A DNA stretch of 32,000 nt from an uncultured Methanobrevibacter sp. (GTDB lineage Archaea; Methanobacteriota; Methanobacteria; Methanobacteriales; Methanobacteriaceae), in assembly GCF_905235195.1 (NCBI RefSeq), contig NZ_CAJOKH010000025.1, positions 2,852 to 34,851 on the forward strand. Reading direction: 5' to 3'. Both the position numbers and the translations under genes were made by a program. Position 1 is the stretch's first letter; each line of letters starts with the position of its first letter. Shown here one piece after another: positions 1 to 10,537 of this stretch. The notes under the pieces were generated by a model. The model had not been told where the DNA came from and did not search any database. It saw only the letters and a program-made list of their open reading frames with translations.

Positions 1-504
1 TCGCTATTAATCCACTTGGAACTTTTTTTGTAAAACGTGGAAGAGAATACATTATTAAACTACTAATTATAACTAAAACTAACATTAAAATAAGTGGAGT
101 TCCACTTAACCAAGATCCAGAAAGAGTTTTAAATTGTTCTATTTGGGATAGGAATATGATTATTGCAAGACCATTTAAAAATCCGTATACTACAGGCTGT
201 GGAACAAGACGTATAAATTTAGCTAATTTCAATAAACCTACTGCTATTTTTATAATTCCCATTATAATAACTGTCAGAAATAGATACTCGACTCCATGAG
301 TAACTATAAGAGCTGCACTGACAACTGCTGACTACCTGCTGCACCACTTATCATTCCAGGCCTTCCACCAAGAAGTGATGTTACTAGACATATTATAAGT
401 GCAATGTATAGGCCTGTTAATGGGTCTAAATGTGCAACTATAACAAATGCAATACATTCTGGCATTAGAGCAAGAGATGTTTGTAATACCTGCTAATATT
501 TCAT
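1..504 (-). pseudogene. SulP-family anion (sulfate/bicarbonate-type) permease, N-terminal portion, disrupted; runs off the window start
   Basis: My own minus-strand translation gives ATG(504-502) K Y then TAG (495-493). An overlapping frame reads LAGIT. It continues as TSLALMPECIAFVIVAHLDPLTGLYIALIICLVTSLLGGRPGMISGAAGS, followed by a frame break near 329-333. It then reads AVVSAALIVTHGVEYLFLTVIIMGIIKIAVGLLKLAKFIRLVPQPVVYGFLNGLAIIIFLSQ... through to position 1. This pattern (AGit..lP..iAf, GLY, G.RP.mISG..g..AVV, P.pVv.GF..G.A) is typical of the SulP transmembrane core. The segment is absent from the ORF track because of the stop and the shifts. Confidence 0.6.
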
Positions 505-757
505 TTTTTAATGTAATAAATCATATTCATCTTTAATATTTGCAAAATTATACATAAGACCATCAAATTTGATTTAAATTATAAAAGTAATGTTTTATAG
601 AAACTTATATAAAAAATTAGTTTATCTAATATATAAAATAATTATCTAAATTTTCAATTATTAATTTAATAAATGTTTATAGAAAATAGAAAAAATCCAT
701 AAGGGATTATTAAGAAATATCTAAATAAATAAAAAAAGAATTTATAAAAAAATTTAT

Positions 758-1438
758 TTAGAATATATTTTTAACTGCTTCTGCTAAAGGAGCAATTTCA
801 GATTGGTTAATACCTATAGCTAACTCTTCATCTTTAACTTTAGCAGTTCTTCTAGAACCATCACATCCTAAAGTAATATTAGGTTTTCCGGTCTCAATAG
901 GTGTAGCACATACATCACCACATAATGATTGTATACCTGAGAAATTAGGTTCGAATTTTTCTGAGTATTGGTAAACATAGCTTTGAGCAGTTCTCATACC
1001 TGCAACTGGTTTTACAAAGTAAACAATTACATCTGGTGCAAATTCAGCATCTTGTAAAGGTGCATAAATTAGTCCTTTATGTCTAGTAGAGACTTTTGTA
1101 AGATTATCTGCTACTTTTTTACCTTCTTCAAGTGATTTAAATCTTCCAAGTTCAAAATATTTTTCACCACTTGCAACTTTTTTAGGAGCATCTTCAAGAC
1201 CTAAAGCGGAGGAACCCCCTTTACATGTTTGTTCATCTTTAGTTGCATAGAATGATTCTCCTTTTGAAGCTAATTTAACCATTTCACAATGTCTTACTGG
1301 TTTAGCTTTTTCTATTCCTATAGGGATTTCACTTTCATCATCAAAGAATTTAATAGCAACAACATTATCTTCTATTCCTATTTTTTCTTTAAATAAACTT
1401 GCATATTCCTTGTTTTTACTTACATCATATTCTGCCAT
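758..1438 (-). CDS. DUF169-family protein (COG2043-like, function unknown)
   Basis: Intact 226-aa ORF. The length and layout resemble DUF169 proteins common in methanogens: conserved Cys residues (RHCEM, TCKGG, LCGDVCATP, LGCDGSR) and an internal 'IYAPL...PDVIVYFVKP' segment. Assigned from memory of the family, not from a search. Confidence 0.5.
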   Translation of the reverse strand: MAEYDVSKNKEYASLFKEKIGIEDNVVAIKFFDDESEIPIGIEKAKPVRHCEMVKLASKGESFYATKDEQTCKGGSSALGLEDAPKKVASGEKYFELGRFKSLEEGKKVADNLTKVSTRHKGLIYAPLQDAEFAPDVIVYFVKPVAGMRTAQSYVYQYSEKFEPNFSGIQSLCGDVCATPIETGKPNITLGCDGSRRTAKVKDEELAIGINQSEIAPLAEAVKNIF

Positions 1439-1778
1439 ATTTTAACCTCAAAATATTATAAAAAGATAAGGATAGTATATTATTTATAATATTTATAAAT
1501 TATCTTAACAATGTTATATCATTATTATAAGAACAATAATTAAATAAATACCTAATTTAAATAATTTAAAAAGAAAAAATATATAAAATAAGGAATATAT
1601 TTTAGGAAATAAATATCATTAATTTAATTAATATTATAAAAACTTATTAAAAATAAAAATCAGTACGAATCTTAAATTAAGTAAATTTTAAAAAAAGAAT
1701 TGAATATTTAAGACTTTTAATACCTAAAACATTTTTTTTTATAAAAAAAATATAAAAAAGATAAATGAGAGATTAATC

Positions 1779-3290
1779 TCATTGTTTATCAATTTTTTTA
1801 TTTTTCAGCCGTAATGTCATTAAAAATACAACTACCATAAGTATTGAGGTTACTTCCATTACAAATGCCATAGCATCCTGAATAACTGTATCTATAATGG
1901 TTAAAGTTGTTTTATTTTGTTGGATATCATTTACAGAAACATCTTGGAAGTGATTATAAATTTCATGTTGGAATGTTTCATTTCCAGAATATTGTGGAGC
2001 ATACATATCTACTGTATGAGAAATACCTCCAAAAACTCCAAGAATTAGGATTATTCCAATAATTGCAGTACCCATAGATTCTCCTAAAGATTGTCCTACT
2101 GTAGTAATACCTGATGCATTATTTTGACTTTCAGCAGGAATATCGATTAATGCAATATCCACACTTAATGCCATTATAAAACCAAGTCCTGATCCCATTA
2201 CAAACAAACCCGGCATTAAATTAAAAGTTGAAGTCTCAAGGGTAAACTGATTACATAAAAGAAGACATCCAACTATTGAAAGTATGCTTCCAATAGCCAT
2301 AAGAATCTTATGATTTAATCTTGAAGATAATTTAGGAGCAATTATTGCAAAAATAAGTAAACCTAAAGTTAGTGGAAGTGTAGTCAATCCAGTATCAAAT
2401 GCATTTAACTGTAAAACAGTTTGTAAAAAGACTGAAACTGCAAATAATCCTCCACCCATTGCAAGATAACATAATAGCATAACAGAAGAACCTACACGTA
2501 AATTCCTGTCTTTAAATAATTCAACATCAAGTAATGGTACTTGACCATTACGTTTTCTTTTAAGTTCATACCACGCAAAGATTGCTAATATAATTAAAGC
2601 AATAATAATCATAATTATACTAGAAGTAGTTTCTTTAGATAATGATAAAATACCAAGAACTAATAAAATTAGGCCTATAAATGAAATTATAGCACCTGTA
2701 ATATCTAAATCTTTTTTAGATTCAGTTGGTGCAAATGAAGGTATTTTACCTTGCATTGCTAAAATAAAAATTACAATTATTAATTCACATGCAAATCCAT
2801 ATCTCCAACTGAGAAATGTAGTCATAACTCCACCAAATAGTGGACCGATAGCAGCTGCAATTGCACCCATAACTCCTACAATAGCTAAAGCCATTGTACG
2901 TTTTTCACCAGAATAAGTACCACTGATTATTGAAACCGTTGCAGGTAACATTAATGCTCCAGCTACACCTTCTATTACTGCCCATCCTAAAAATAAGATT
3001 TCAACATTTGGGCTTATTGATGCTATAAATGTACCAAGACCATAAAGAGCAGCACCAATTAAAAATAGTTTCTTTTTACCAATAATATCTTGAAGCTTAG
3101 CACTTAGCAACATACATGCAGCTGTAATAAGAGTATAAAAGGACATAAGCATTTGAATAGTGCTTACATCAGTATGTAAATCGACAACAACCTGAGAAAT
3201 ACTTACATTCATAAATGTAGCTATAATTAAAGAAGCACAAGCTATTACTAATAGCGGAATCCATGACTGTTCTTTTGTATTTTCATTCAT
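1779..3290 (-). CDS. MFS transporter, DHA2/EmrB-like (about 14 TM segments)
   Basis: A 503-aa, highly hydrophobic ORF with many TM-length segments. It has an MFS-type loop after TM2 (LSAKLQDIIGKKKLFLIG) and a central charged loop (YELKRKRNGQVPLLDVELFKDRN) typical of 14-TMS drug:H+ antiporters. Confidence 0.75.
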   Translation of the reverse strand: MNENTKEQSWIPLLVIACASLIIATFMNVSISQVVVDLHTDVSTIQMLMSFYTLITAACMLLSAKLQDIIGKKKLFLIGAALYGLGTFIASISPNVEILFLGWAVIEGVAGALMLPATVSIISGTYSGEKRTMALAIVGVMGAIAAAIGPLFGGVMTTFLSWRYGFACELIIVIFILAMQGKIPSFAPTESKKDLDITGAIISFIGLILLVLGILSLSKETTSSIIMIIIALIILAIFAWYELKRKRNGQVPLLDVELFKDRNLRVGSSVMLLCYLAMGGGLFAVSVFLQTVLQLNAFDTGLTTLPLTLGLLIFAIIAPKLSSRLNHKILMAIGSILSIVGCLLLCNQFTLETSTFNLMPGLFVMGSGLGFIMALSVDIALIDIPAESQNNASGITTVGQSLGESMGTAIIGIILILGVFGGISHTVDMYAPQYSGNETFQHEIYNHFQDVSVNDIQQNKTTLTIIDTVIQDAMAFVMEVTSILMVVVFLMTLRLKNKKIDKQ

Positions 3291-3527
3291 ATTAATTTAT
3301 CTCCATAATATTTAAATTTAAAAATAATTTAGCAATATTCCGATTAATCTATTAAATTTATATCTATTTATTTAATTTTAATATCTCACTAATGATTATC
3401 ATATGAGATAAATTAAATAAGTAGGATCTATTTTTAATAGTGGAATTAAATGTATATTTATTAAAGATAATTTTTAATAAAAATTTAAGAATAAAAAAAT
3501 AAAGATATGGATAGAATCATATCTTAT

Positions 3528-4319
3528 TTATTTATTTTTAATTAAGTATTCTAATTCATCTAAACGTTTATTTAATTCTTCTTCATGTTTTTTGTAATGT
3601 CTTGATAATATTGCAACAGTTAATGTAGCAGTACCTACTCCTGATAGTATGTATCCACTCCAAACTAAAATAATTGCATTAATTTTACCAATAATAGTAT
3701 TTCCAAGTATTGCATAACCATTACTTGTAAATGCATTTGAAACCATTGCCATAGAATCTAATGGACTTACACTTTCTGAAAATATTGTTAGAATAAAACT
3801 AAAAAAAACAATAATGAATAATAGAACTATTGTAATTCCAAGACTATTGGACTCAGTATATTGTCTAAATTTATTGTAATATAACTTCATCAAATAGATA
3901 TAAACGATTATATGAAATTGATAGAAAGGGAATAATATATATGATGCATTAAAAACAATATATATTATAGACTCAAAAGGTATTAATAAGAAAAATAATA
4001 CTTTATTCTTCCATAAACTATAATCTAAAGTTAAAGCAACATATAATGATATAATTATTTGCAAAATACCCATGGCTAAAAAATCTGTTTTTTCACTTAC
4101 ACATATGTATATTATGAATAAAAAGAATATTGACATCATAATTAAGTAGAAAACTTGATTTAATGTATGATATTCTTCCATAGGAAAATATTCAAGTGGA
4201 TTTAAAATTTTTCTTTTACTATTTTTTAATTTCTTATAAATAAAATTTCCAACAACAAATAAGCCATAGTATATTAATATAGCTATAATAAATTCACAAA
4301 TAATAATTATAGATTCCAT
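3528..4319 (-). CDS. Integral membrane protein with a C-terminal 2TM pore-loop (K+-channel-like) module and a short coiled-coil tail
   Basis: A 263-aa hydrophobic ORF. The C-terminal part reads TM (ITIVLLFIIVFFSFILTIF), then SPLDSMAMVSNAFTSNGYAILGNTIIGK, then TM (INAIILVWSGYILSGVGTATLTVAIL). This has the shape of an M1-P-M2 channel pore, but the filter reads TSNGYA instead of T(V/I)GYGD. Confidence 0.45.
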   Translation of the reverse strand: MESIIIICEFIIAILIYYGLFVVGNFIYKKLKNSKRKILNPLEYFPMEEYHTLNQVFYLIMMSIFFLFIIYICVSEKTDFLAMGILQIIISLYVALTLDYSLWKNKVLFFLLIPFESIIYIVFNASYILFPFYQFHIIVYIYLMKLYYNKFRQYTESNSLGITIVLLFIIVFFSFILTIFSESVSPLDSMAMVSNAFTSNGYAILGNTIIGKINAIILVWSGYILSGVGTATLTVAILSRHYKKHEEELNKRLDELEYLIKNK

Positions 4320-4765
4320 AAATATATTTTATTTAATCTTATATTTAACCTTTTAATAATTCCATCAAGGAAATTGATAAATAGTAATAATTACATTTTA
4401 TCTTGCTATATATAAACAGTTATATTAAAGATTTTCAATCTCTTTTCAAAAATTTGTGTATAAAGTTTATTAGAATTATTTACGGTTTTTGAAATTAATT
4501 ATTAAAATAAATCTATTTAAAACCATTTTTCTACTTTCATTCTTATATTTATATGTTTTAGAGAATTTTGGAATTTATTTATTAGTTTTTAATTCATATG
4601 AGCTTTTATTTTATTTTTAGTTTATTAATATTAAGTACATTTTATATATTAAGTGTACTATTTCTAAATTAAAATAAATAAATTAAGACTTAAAGATTTC
4701 ATATATTAATTTGAAAATTCAAATCAAACAAGTTTTTAAAAGTGCTGATTTTAATTAAAAACTTA

Positions 4766-7663
4766 TTATTGTTGTATTTTTTCATCAATTAATTCTTTTG
4801 CAAGGGGAGTAATATTTTCTTTTAAAATTTCTAATAAAAAGTCACCAGTATATGTACCTGATTTAGATACTTCTTCAGGGGTTCCTTGAGCAATGACTTC
4901 TCCTCCTCCATCTCCACCTTCAGGACCAAGATCTATAATATAATCTGCAGTTTTAATAACATCCAGATTATGTTCTATAACAACAATAGAATTGCCTTTA
5001 TCTGTAAGTCTATTTAAAACAGAAAGTAATCTTTTAATATCTGCAAAATGTAATCCTGTAGTTGGTTCATCTAAAATATATAATGTTTGACCTGTAGAGG
5101 ATTTTGATAATTCTTTTGCAAGTTTAATCCTTTGAGCTTCTCCCCCGGATAATGTAGTAGCAGGTTGACCTAACTTAAGATAACCTAATCCTACATCATA
5201 TAAAGTTTGTAGTTTATTTTTAATTTTTGGAATATTTTCAAAGAATTCTAAAGCTTCTTCAACTGTCATTTCAAGAACATCATATATATTTTTACCTTTA
5301 TAACGAATGTCCAAGGTTTCTTCATTATATCTTTTACCATGACATACTTCACAAGGAACATATACATCGGCTAAAAAGTGCATTTCAATTTGTATAATCC
5401 CATCACCTGAACATGCTTCACATCTACCACCTTTTACATTAAAACTAAATCTTCCAGGTTTATATCCTCGTGCTTTAGCTTCAGGAGTTTGTGCAAAAAG
5501 TTCTCTTATTGGTGTAAATAATCCTATATAGGTAGCAGGATTACTTCTAGGGGTCCTACCAATAGGTGTTTGATTAATAATTATAAGTTTATCAATATTT
5601 TCTGCTCCTTCAATTGTATCATGGTCTCCTGCAAATGCATATTTATGATCTAATATGCCTTTAAGACCCTTATATAATATCTGATTAATTAGGCTACTTT
5701 TACCTGAACCACTTACTCCGGTAACACAGGTAAATAATCCAAGAGGTATTTTAACTTCTATATCTTTAAGGTTGTTTTGTCTTGCACCTTTTATTGTAAC
5801 AAATTTACCATTACCTTTTCTTCTCTTTTCAGGTATTGGTATAAACTCTTTTCTAGAGAGATACCTGCCTGTTATAGATTCTTCTGAAGATAGAATATCT
5901 TGAGGAGTTCCTTGGGTAATAATACGACCACCATGTTCACCTGCACCAGGTCCTATATCGACAACATAATCTGCAGATAAAATGGTCTCTTCATCATGTT
6001 CTACAACAATCAAGGTATTTCCAATATTACATAAATGTTCTAGAGTTTGAATAAGTTTACGGTTGTCTCTTTGGTGTAATCCTATACTAGGCTCATCAAG
6101 AATATATAAAACACCTACAAGTCCTGAGCCTATTTGGGTTGCAAGTCTTATTCTTTGAGCTTCCCCTCCAGATAATGTTCCTGATGAACGTGCCATAGTA
6201 ATATAATCAAGACCTACATCTACGAGAAAACTTAATCTTTGATTTATTTCCTTTAAAACTTCACTTGCAATATATTCTTCCCGATCAGTCAATTCAAGAT
6301 TTTGGAAAAAATTATAGGAATCTTTGATTGACATTTCACAGACTTCTGCAATATTCATGCCTCCAACAGTTACAGCTAATACTTCAGGACGTAACCGTCT
6401 ACCATCACAAACAGAACATTTTCTATCACTCATAAATTTAGAAATATGTTTACGATTCCAGTTAGACTTAGTTTCAAAATATAATCTTTGAAGACGGATT
6501 ATAACTCCTTCAAAACGTCTGTTAACCATATATGTCCTATTTCTCCTATTTATATTAAATGGTATTCTGTCTTCGGAACCATATAAAATAATATCTTGAT
6601 TTTCTTTTGATAAATCTTTAAATGGTGTGTCCAATGAAAAATCATAGAATTCTCCAAGTGCCTGAAGCAATTGATTATAATAATTGTCTTTTTTATTTGA
6701 ATTACTCCATGGTACTATAGCTCCTTCATTAATAGATAAATTTTTATTTGGAATTACTAAATCTGGATCTATTTCCATTTTAGAGCCTATTCCTTTACAT
6801 TCAGGACATGCACCATGTGGTGAATTAAATGAAAACATACGAGGAGTTAACTCTTCAAAACTTAATCCACAATCTACACACGCAAAATCTTCGGAGTATA
6901 CTTTTTCATATTCTTCATCTTCTTTGGGAGTAAATAATACTTTTACAAGACCTTCTGAAAATTTACTAGCAGTTTCTAGAGAATCTGTTAATCTTCTTTT
7001 AAAATCAACAGTATTTCTAATTTTTAACCTATCTACAACAATATCTATTGTATGTTTAAAGTTTTTCTTAAGTTCAATATTTTCTTCAAGGTCTCGTATT
7101 TCACCATCAACACGTGCTCTAACAAATCCCTTTTCTCTAAATTCATCAAAGACCTGTCTGTGTTCTCCTTTACGGTCTTTAATAATTGGAGATAAAACCT
7201 GGATTTTAAGACCTTCTCCTTCTTCCATTATTGTTTCTGCAATTTGTCCTATTGTTTGCTGTGATATTTCACGACCACAATTTGGACAATGAGGTATACC
7301 AATGCGGGCAAAAAGCAATCTTAAATAATCATAAATCTCTGTAATTGTTCCAACTGTACTTCTAGGATTTACTCTTGTAGTTTTTTGATCTATTGATATA
7401 GCTGGAGATAGACCTTCTATGTAATCTAATTCTGGTTTGTCCATCTGTCCTAAAAATTGTCTTGCATAACTAGATAATGACTCTACATATCTACGTTGTC
7501 CTTCAGCATAGATAGTATCAAAAGCAAGTGATGATTTACCTGAACCACTTAAACCTGTTACTACAATAAATTCATCACGTGGAATGTTTAAGTCAATGTT
7601 TTGCAGGTTATGTTCTCTTGCACCTTTTATAATAATTTCCCTTTTATTTGAGTCTTTACTCAT
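4766..7663 (-). CDS. uvrA: Excinuclease ABC subunit A
   Basis: A 965-aa ORF. It has two ABC ATPase modules ([14 protein letters not shown] and [12 protein letters not shown] Walker A; two LSGGEAQR signatures; YILDEP Walker B twice) plus zinc-finger Cys clusters (CPNCG, CVDCG...CPECKG, CEAC...CEVCHG). Confidence 0.97.
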   Translation of the reverse strand: MSKDSNKREIIIKGAREHNLQNIDLNIPRDEFIVVTGLSGSGKSSLAFDTIYAEGQRRYVESLSSYARQFLGQMDKPELDYIEGLSPAISIDQKTTRVNPRSTVGTITEIYDYLRLLFARIGIPHCPNCGREISQQTIGQIAETIMEEGEGLKIQVLSPIIKDRKGEHRQVFDEFREKGFVRARVDGEIRDLEENIELKKNFKHTIDIVVDRLKIRNTVDFKRRLTDSLETASKFSEGLVKVLFTPKEDEEYEKVYSEDFACVDCGLSFEELTPRMFSFNSPHGACPECKGIGSKMEIDPDLVIPNKNLSINEGAIVPWSNSNKKDNYYNQLLQALGEFYDFSLDTPFKDLSKENQDIILYGSEDRIPFNINRRNRTYMVNRRFEGVIIRLQRLYFETKSNWNRKHISKFMSDRKCSVCDGRRLRPEVLAVTVGGMNIAEVCEMSIKDSYNFFQNLELTDREEYIASEVLKEINQRLSFLVDVGLDYITMARSSGTLSGGEAQRIRLATQIGSGLVGVLYILDEPSIGLHQRDNRKLIQTLEHLCNIGNTLIVVEHDEETILSADYVVDIGPGAGEHGGRIITQGTPQDILSSEESITGRYLSRKEFIPIPEKRRKGNGKFVTIKGARQNNLKDIEVKIPLGLFTCVTGVSGSGKSSLINQILYKGLKGILDHKYAFAGDHDTIEGAENIDKLIIINQTPIGRTPRSNPATYIGLFTPIRELFAQTPEAKARGYKPGRFSFNVKGGRCEACSGDGIIQIEMHFLADVYVPCEVCHGKRYNEETLDIRYKGKNIYDVLEMTVEEALEFFENIPKIKNKLQTLYDVGLGYLKLGQPATTLSGGEAQRIKLAKELSKSSTGQTLYILDEPTTGLHFADIKRLLSVLNRLTDKGNSIVVIEHNLDVIKTADYIIDLGPEGGDGGGEVIAQGTPEEVSKSGTYTGDFLLEILKENITPLAKELIDEKIQQ

Positions 7664-7899
7664 ATTTTCACCAAAAAATATAAACTAATTGTTAATAAAT
7701 GTTTAAGAATAATAAAGAATTTTTGATAATTATAGTATTTAGATATAATCTCCAATAAAATATTTGATAATTTATATATTAAATTTGTAGATTTATAAAT
7801 TATATCGTTCGTATATAATGAAACTATTTATTTATAAATAAATCTATTTTTTTCAATAATTTAAATTAGTATAATTTTATTTAATTTAAAATGTGAAAT

Positions 7900-9855
7900 T
7901 TAATTAATTAAACCTTTAAGTTGAACAATTTCATCTCTTAAAAGTGCTGCCTTTTCAAAATCTAAATCATTAGCAGCTTCATGCATATCCTTCTCTAAAT
8001 CTCTTATTAATAATTTGATTTCATCTTTAGGTAAACGTTTAATTTCTGAAATCTTTTTAACTTTAAGATCTTGTTTTTTCTCTTTTAATGTTCTTTCTGT
8101 AGATTTAGGAGTAATATTAAATTTTTTATTATAAGCCATTTGTATAAAACGTCTTTTATCTGTAATATCTTTAGCATTTTTTACAGAATCAGTCATCTCA
8201 TCGGCATACATTATAACCTGACCATAAACATTACGTGCTGCTCTACCAATAGTTTGAATAAGAGAAGTTTCACTTCTTAAAAATCCTTCCTTATCAGCAT
8301 CTAAAATAGCAACAAGAGATACTTCAGGTAAATCAAGCCCTTCTCTTAAAAGGTTAACTCCAACCAATACATCAAAAGACCCACGTCTTAATTCATCAAT
8401 AATTTCAATACGTTCTAATGTATCGACTTCAGAATGTAGGTAATGAACTTTAATACCAATTTTTGCATAATAATCAGTTAAATCTTCTGCCATACGTTTG
8501 GTAAGTGTAGTTACAAGTACACGTTCATCACGTTCAGCTCTTTTTTTAACTTCACCAAGTAAATCTTCAACTTGACCCTTAACTGGTCTTATAATAACCT
8601 CAGGGTCAACCAGGCCTGTTGGTCTTATAATTTGTTCTGTAACATTAAGACTTCTTGAAAGTTCATAGTTACCAGGAGTAGCTGATATGTAGATAACCTG
8701 ATTTACAGAATCCTCAAATTCATTAAATTTAAATGGGCGATTTTCTTTTGCAGAAGGCAATCTGAAACCATAATCAACAAGAGTCTGTTTACGAGCCTTA
8801 TCTCCATTATACATACCTCTAATTTGAGGAACTGTTACATGTGATTCATCAATTATAGTTAAAAAATCATCTGGAAAATATTTTAGTAATGTATAGGGCA
8901 TATCTCCCCAGTTACGACCTGATAAATGCATAGAATAATTTTCTATTCCTGGACAATAACCCATCTCTTGTAGCATTTCCATATCAAAACGAGTTCTTTG
9001 CTCTAATCTTTGTGCTTCTAAATACTTACCTTCCTGGTTTAAATTCTTTAATCTTGAATCAAGTTCTTCATTTATATCCTTTAGGGCTTGTTCCATTCTA
9101 TCTTGACCTACAATAAAATGCTTTGCAGGAAATAAAGTATATCTTTCAAGAGATTCTTTTTTTTTCTTAGTTACAGGATCAATCAATGATATGCCATCAA
9201 TTTCATCACCAAATAGTTCTATCCTAATAGGACTAGTACCATCAACAGGATTAATTTCGATTACATCCCCTCTAACACGAAATTGTCCTCTTTCAAAAGC
9301 CATATCATTACGTTCATATTGCAGATAAATTAATCTGGATAAAATATATGCTCTATCATATTCATCTCCAATTTGAAATGGAAAAGCAAATTCACCATAA
9401 TCTTGAGGTGAACCTATACCATAAATACAACTTACACTACTTACAACTATAACATCATCACGTGAAAGAAGTGACTGTGTAGCAGAATGACGCATAATAT
9501 CAATTTCTTCATTTATTGATGCTTCCTTATCAATAAATGTATCACTTCTTGGAACATATGCTTCTGGTTGATAATAGTCATAATAACTAACAAAATATTC
9601 TACAGCATTTTCAGGGAAAAATCCTTTAAATTCTTCATATAATTGAGCAGCTAAAGTTTTATTATGAGATATTACAAGTGTTGGTTTTTGAACTTTTTTA
9701 ATAACATTTGCCATTGTAAATGTTTTTCCAGAACCTGTTACACCAAGTAAAGTCTGCTCATGTAAACCTTTATTAATCCCACTAACAAGGGAATCAATTG
9801 CTTTTGGCTGATCACCTAATGGCTTAAAAGGCGAATGTAATTTAAATTCTTTCAT
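7900..9855 (-). CDS. uvrB: Excinuclease ABC subunit B
   Basis: A 651-aa ORF with [10 protein letters not shown] Walker A, IIDESHVT (DExH), the helicase C-terminal motifs ([41 protein letters not shown]) and the C-terminal UVR domain ([13 protein letters not shown]). Confidence 0.97.
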   Translation of the reverse strand: MKEFKLHSPFKPLGDQPKAIDSLVSGINKGLHEQTLLGVTGSGKTFTMANVIKKVQKPTLVISHNKTLAAQLYEEFKGFFPENAVEYFVSYYDYYQPEAYVPRSDTFIDKEASINEEIDIMRHSATQSLLSRDDVIVVSSVSCIYGIGSPQDYGEFAFPFQIGDEYDRAYILSRLIYLQYERNDMAFERGQFRVRGDVIEINPVDGTSPIRIELFGDEIDGISLIDPVTKKKKESLERYTLFPAKHFIVGQDRMEQALKDINEELDSRLKNLNQEGKYLEAQRLEQRTRFDMEMLQEMGYCPGIENYSMHLSGRNWGDMPYTLLKYFPDDFLTIIDESHVTVPQIRGMYNGDKARKQTLVDYGFRLPSAKENRPFKFNEFEDSVNQVIYISATPGNYELSRSLNVTEQIIRPTGLVDPEVIIRPVKGQVEDLLGEVKKRAERDERVLVTTLTKRMAEDLTDYYAKIGIKVHYLHSEVDTLERIEIIDELRRGSFDVLVGVNLLREGLDLPEVSLVAILDADKEGFLRSETSLIQTIGRAARNVYGQVIMYADEMTDSVKNAKDITDKRRFIQMAYNKKFNITPKSTERTLKEKKQDLKVKKISEIKRLPKDEIKLLIRDLEKDMHEAANDLDFEKAALLRDEIVQLKGLIN

Positions 9856-10082
9856 AATATCAATTAAATTTAAAAATTATGAAAAATAGTTTATGATTTA
9901 ATCTGTAAATATAATAGTATTTATAAAAATATTAAATATTTAATAAATATTATTTATAAACAAATTAAATTCTTAACTAAATTTCAATATATTATAAGTG
10001 TTTTATATATAAACTAATTTTTCCTAGTTTATGGAAACTAATATATTAATAAAATTTTAGTATTTTTATTTTAGTGTATGAT

Positions 10083-10403
10083 TTAATTATTATCTAATTT
10101 AAAGTTAAAACTGATTGCAGTATACGGCAACTCACAACATGGTCTAACCCTTTGAGCCTTATAAACCACATTGTCATATTTGGATAAAAGTTCTTTTACT
10201 TCTTCATTAATTATATCTATTTCATCCTCATTATGAACGCGGAAATTACCTAAAAATGTTACTCCACCACCTAAATTTAATATTGCTAATTTGTCCATTT
10301 CATAAGGACATTTATGTTTTTTTAATATTGTATTAATTTTAGATACAACTTCCTCATTAATATCTTCTTTTTCTTCTTTTGTTAACAATTCTAACACCAA
10401 CAA
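10083..10403 (-). CDS. Hypothetical small protein (106 aa; TTG/GTG start region)
   Basis: This ORF lies 134 nt downstream of the DUF1998 helicase on the same strand. I recognise no family. It contains Cys residues (KCPYE, RPCCELP). The first codons are TTG-TTG-GTG, so the exact start is uncertain. Confidence 0.35.
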   Translation of the reverse strand: MLVLELLTKEEKEDINEEVVSKINTILKKHKCPYEMDKLAILNLGGGVTFLGNFRVHNEDEIDIINEEVKELLSKYDNVVYKAQRVRPCCELPYTAISFNFKLDNN

Positions 10404-10537
10404 TAATAATATATATTATTAAATAGATATTATTTGAAATTTTTAAATAAAAAATATTTATTAATAATAGTTTTATTAGAAATTATATAAATTTTTAATT
10501 GAAAATTAAATTAACAAATGAGAACATTTAAAATAAT

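Noticed and set aside
493-495. In-frame TAG in the SulP gene as a pyrrolysine codon
   Set aside because: Pyrrolysine use is a trait of Methanosarcinales/Methanomassiliicoccales, not of the lineage suggested here. An alternative frame across the TAG gives the conserved LAGIT motif, and the gene has a further frame break, so pseudogene or sequencing error fits better.
4320-4765. Long (445 bp) intergenic region downstream of uvrA, checked for tRNA/ncRNA
   Set aside because: There is no GC-rich, structured segment and no tRNA-like cloverleaf arms. It is uniformly AT-rich with no repeats I could align.
6684-7292. 202-aa plus-strand ORF inside uvrA
   Set aside because: It lies entirely antisense to the strongly supported uvrA CDS. 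Its composition is low-complexity and Ser/Leu-rich, typical of a shadow ORF, and it has no recognisable motifs.
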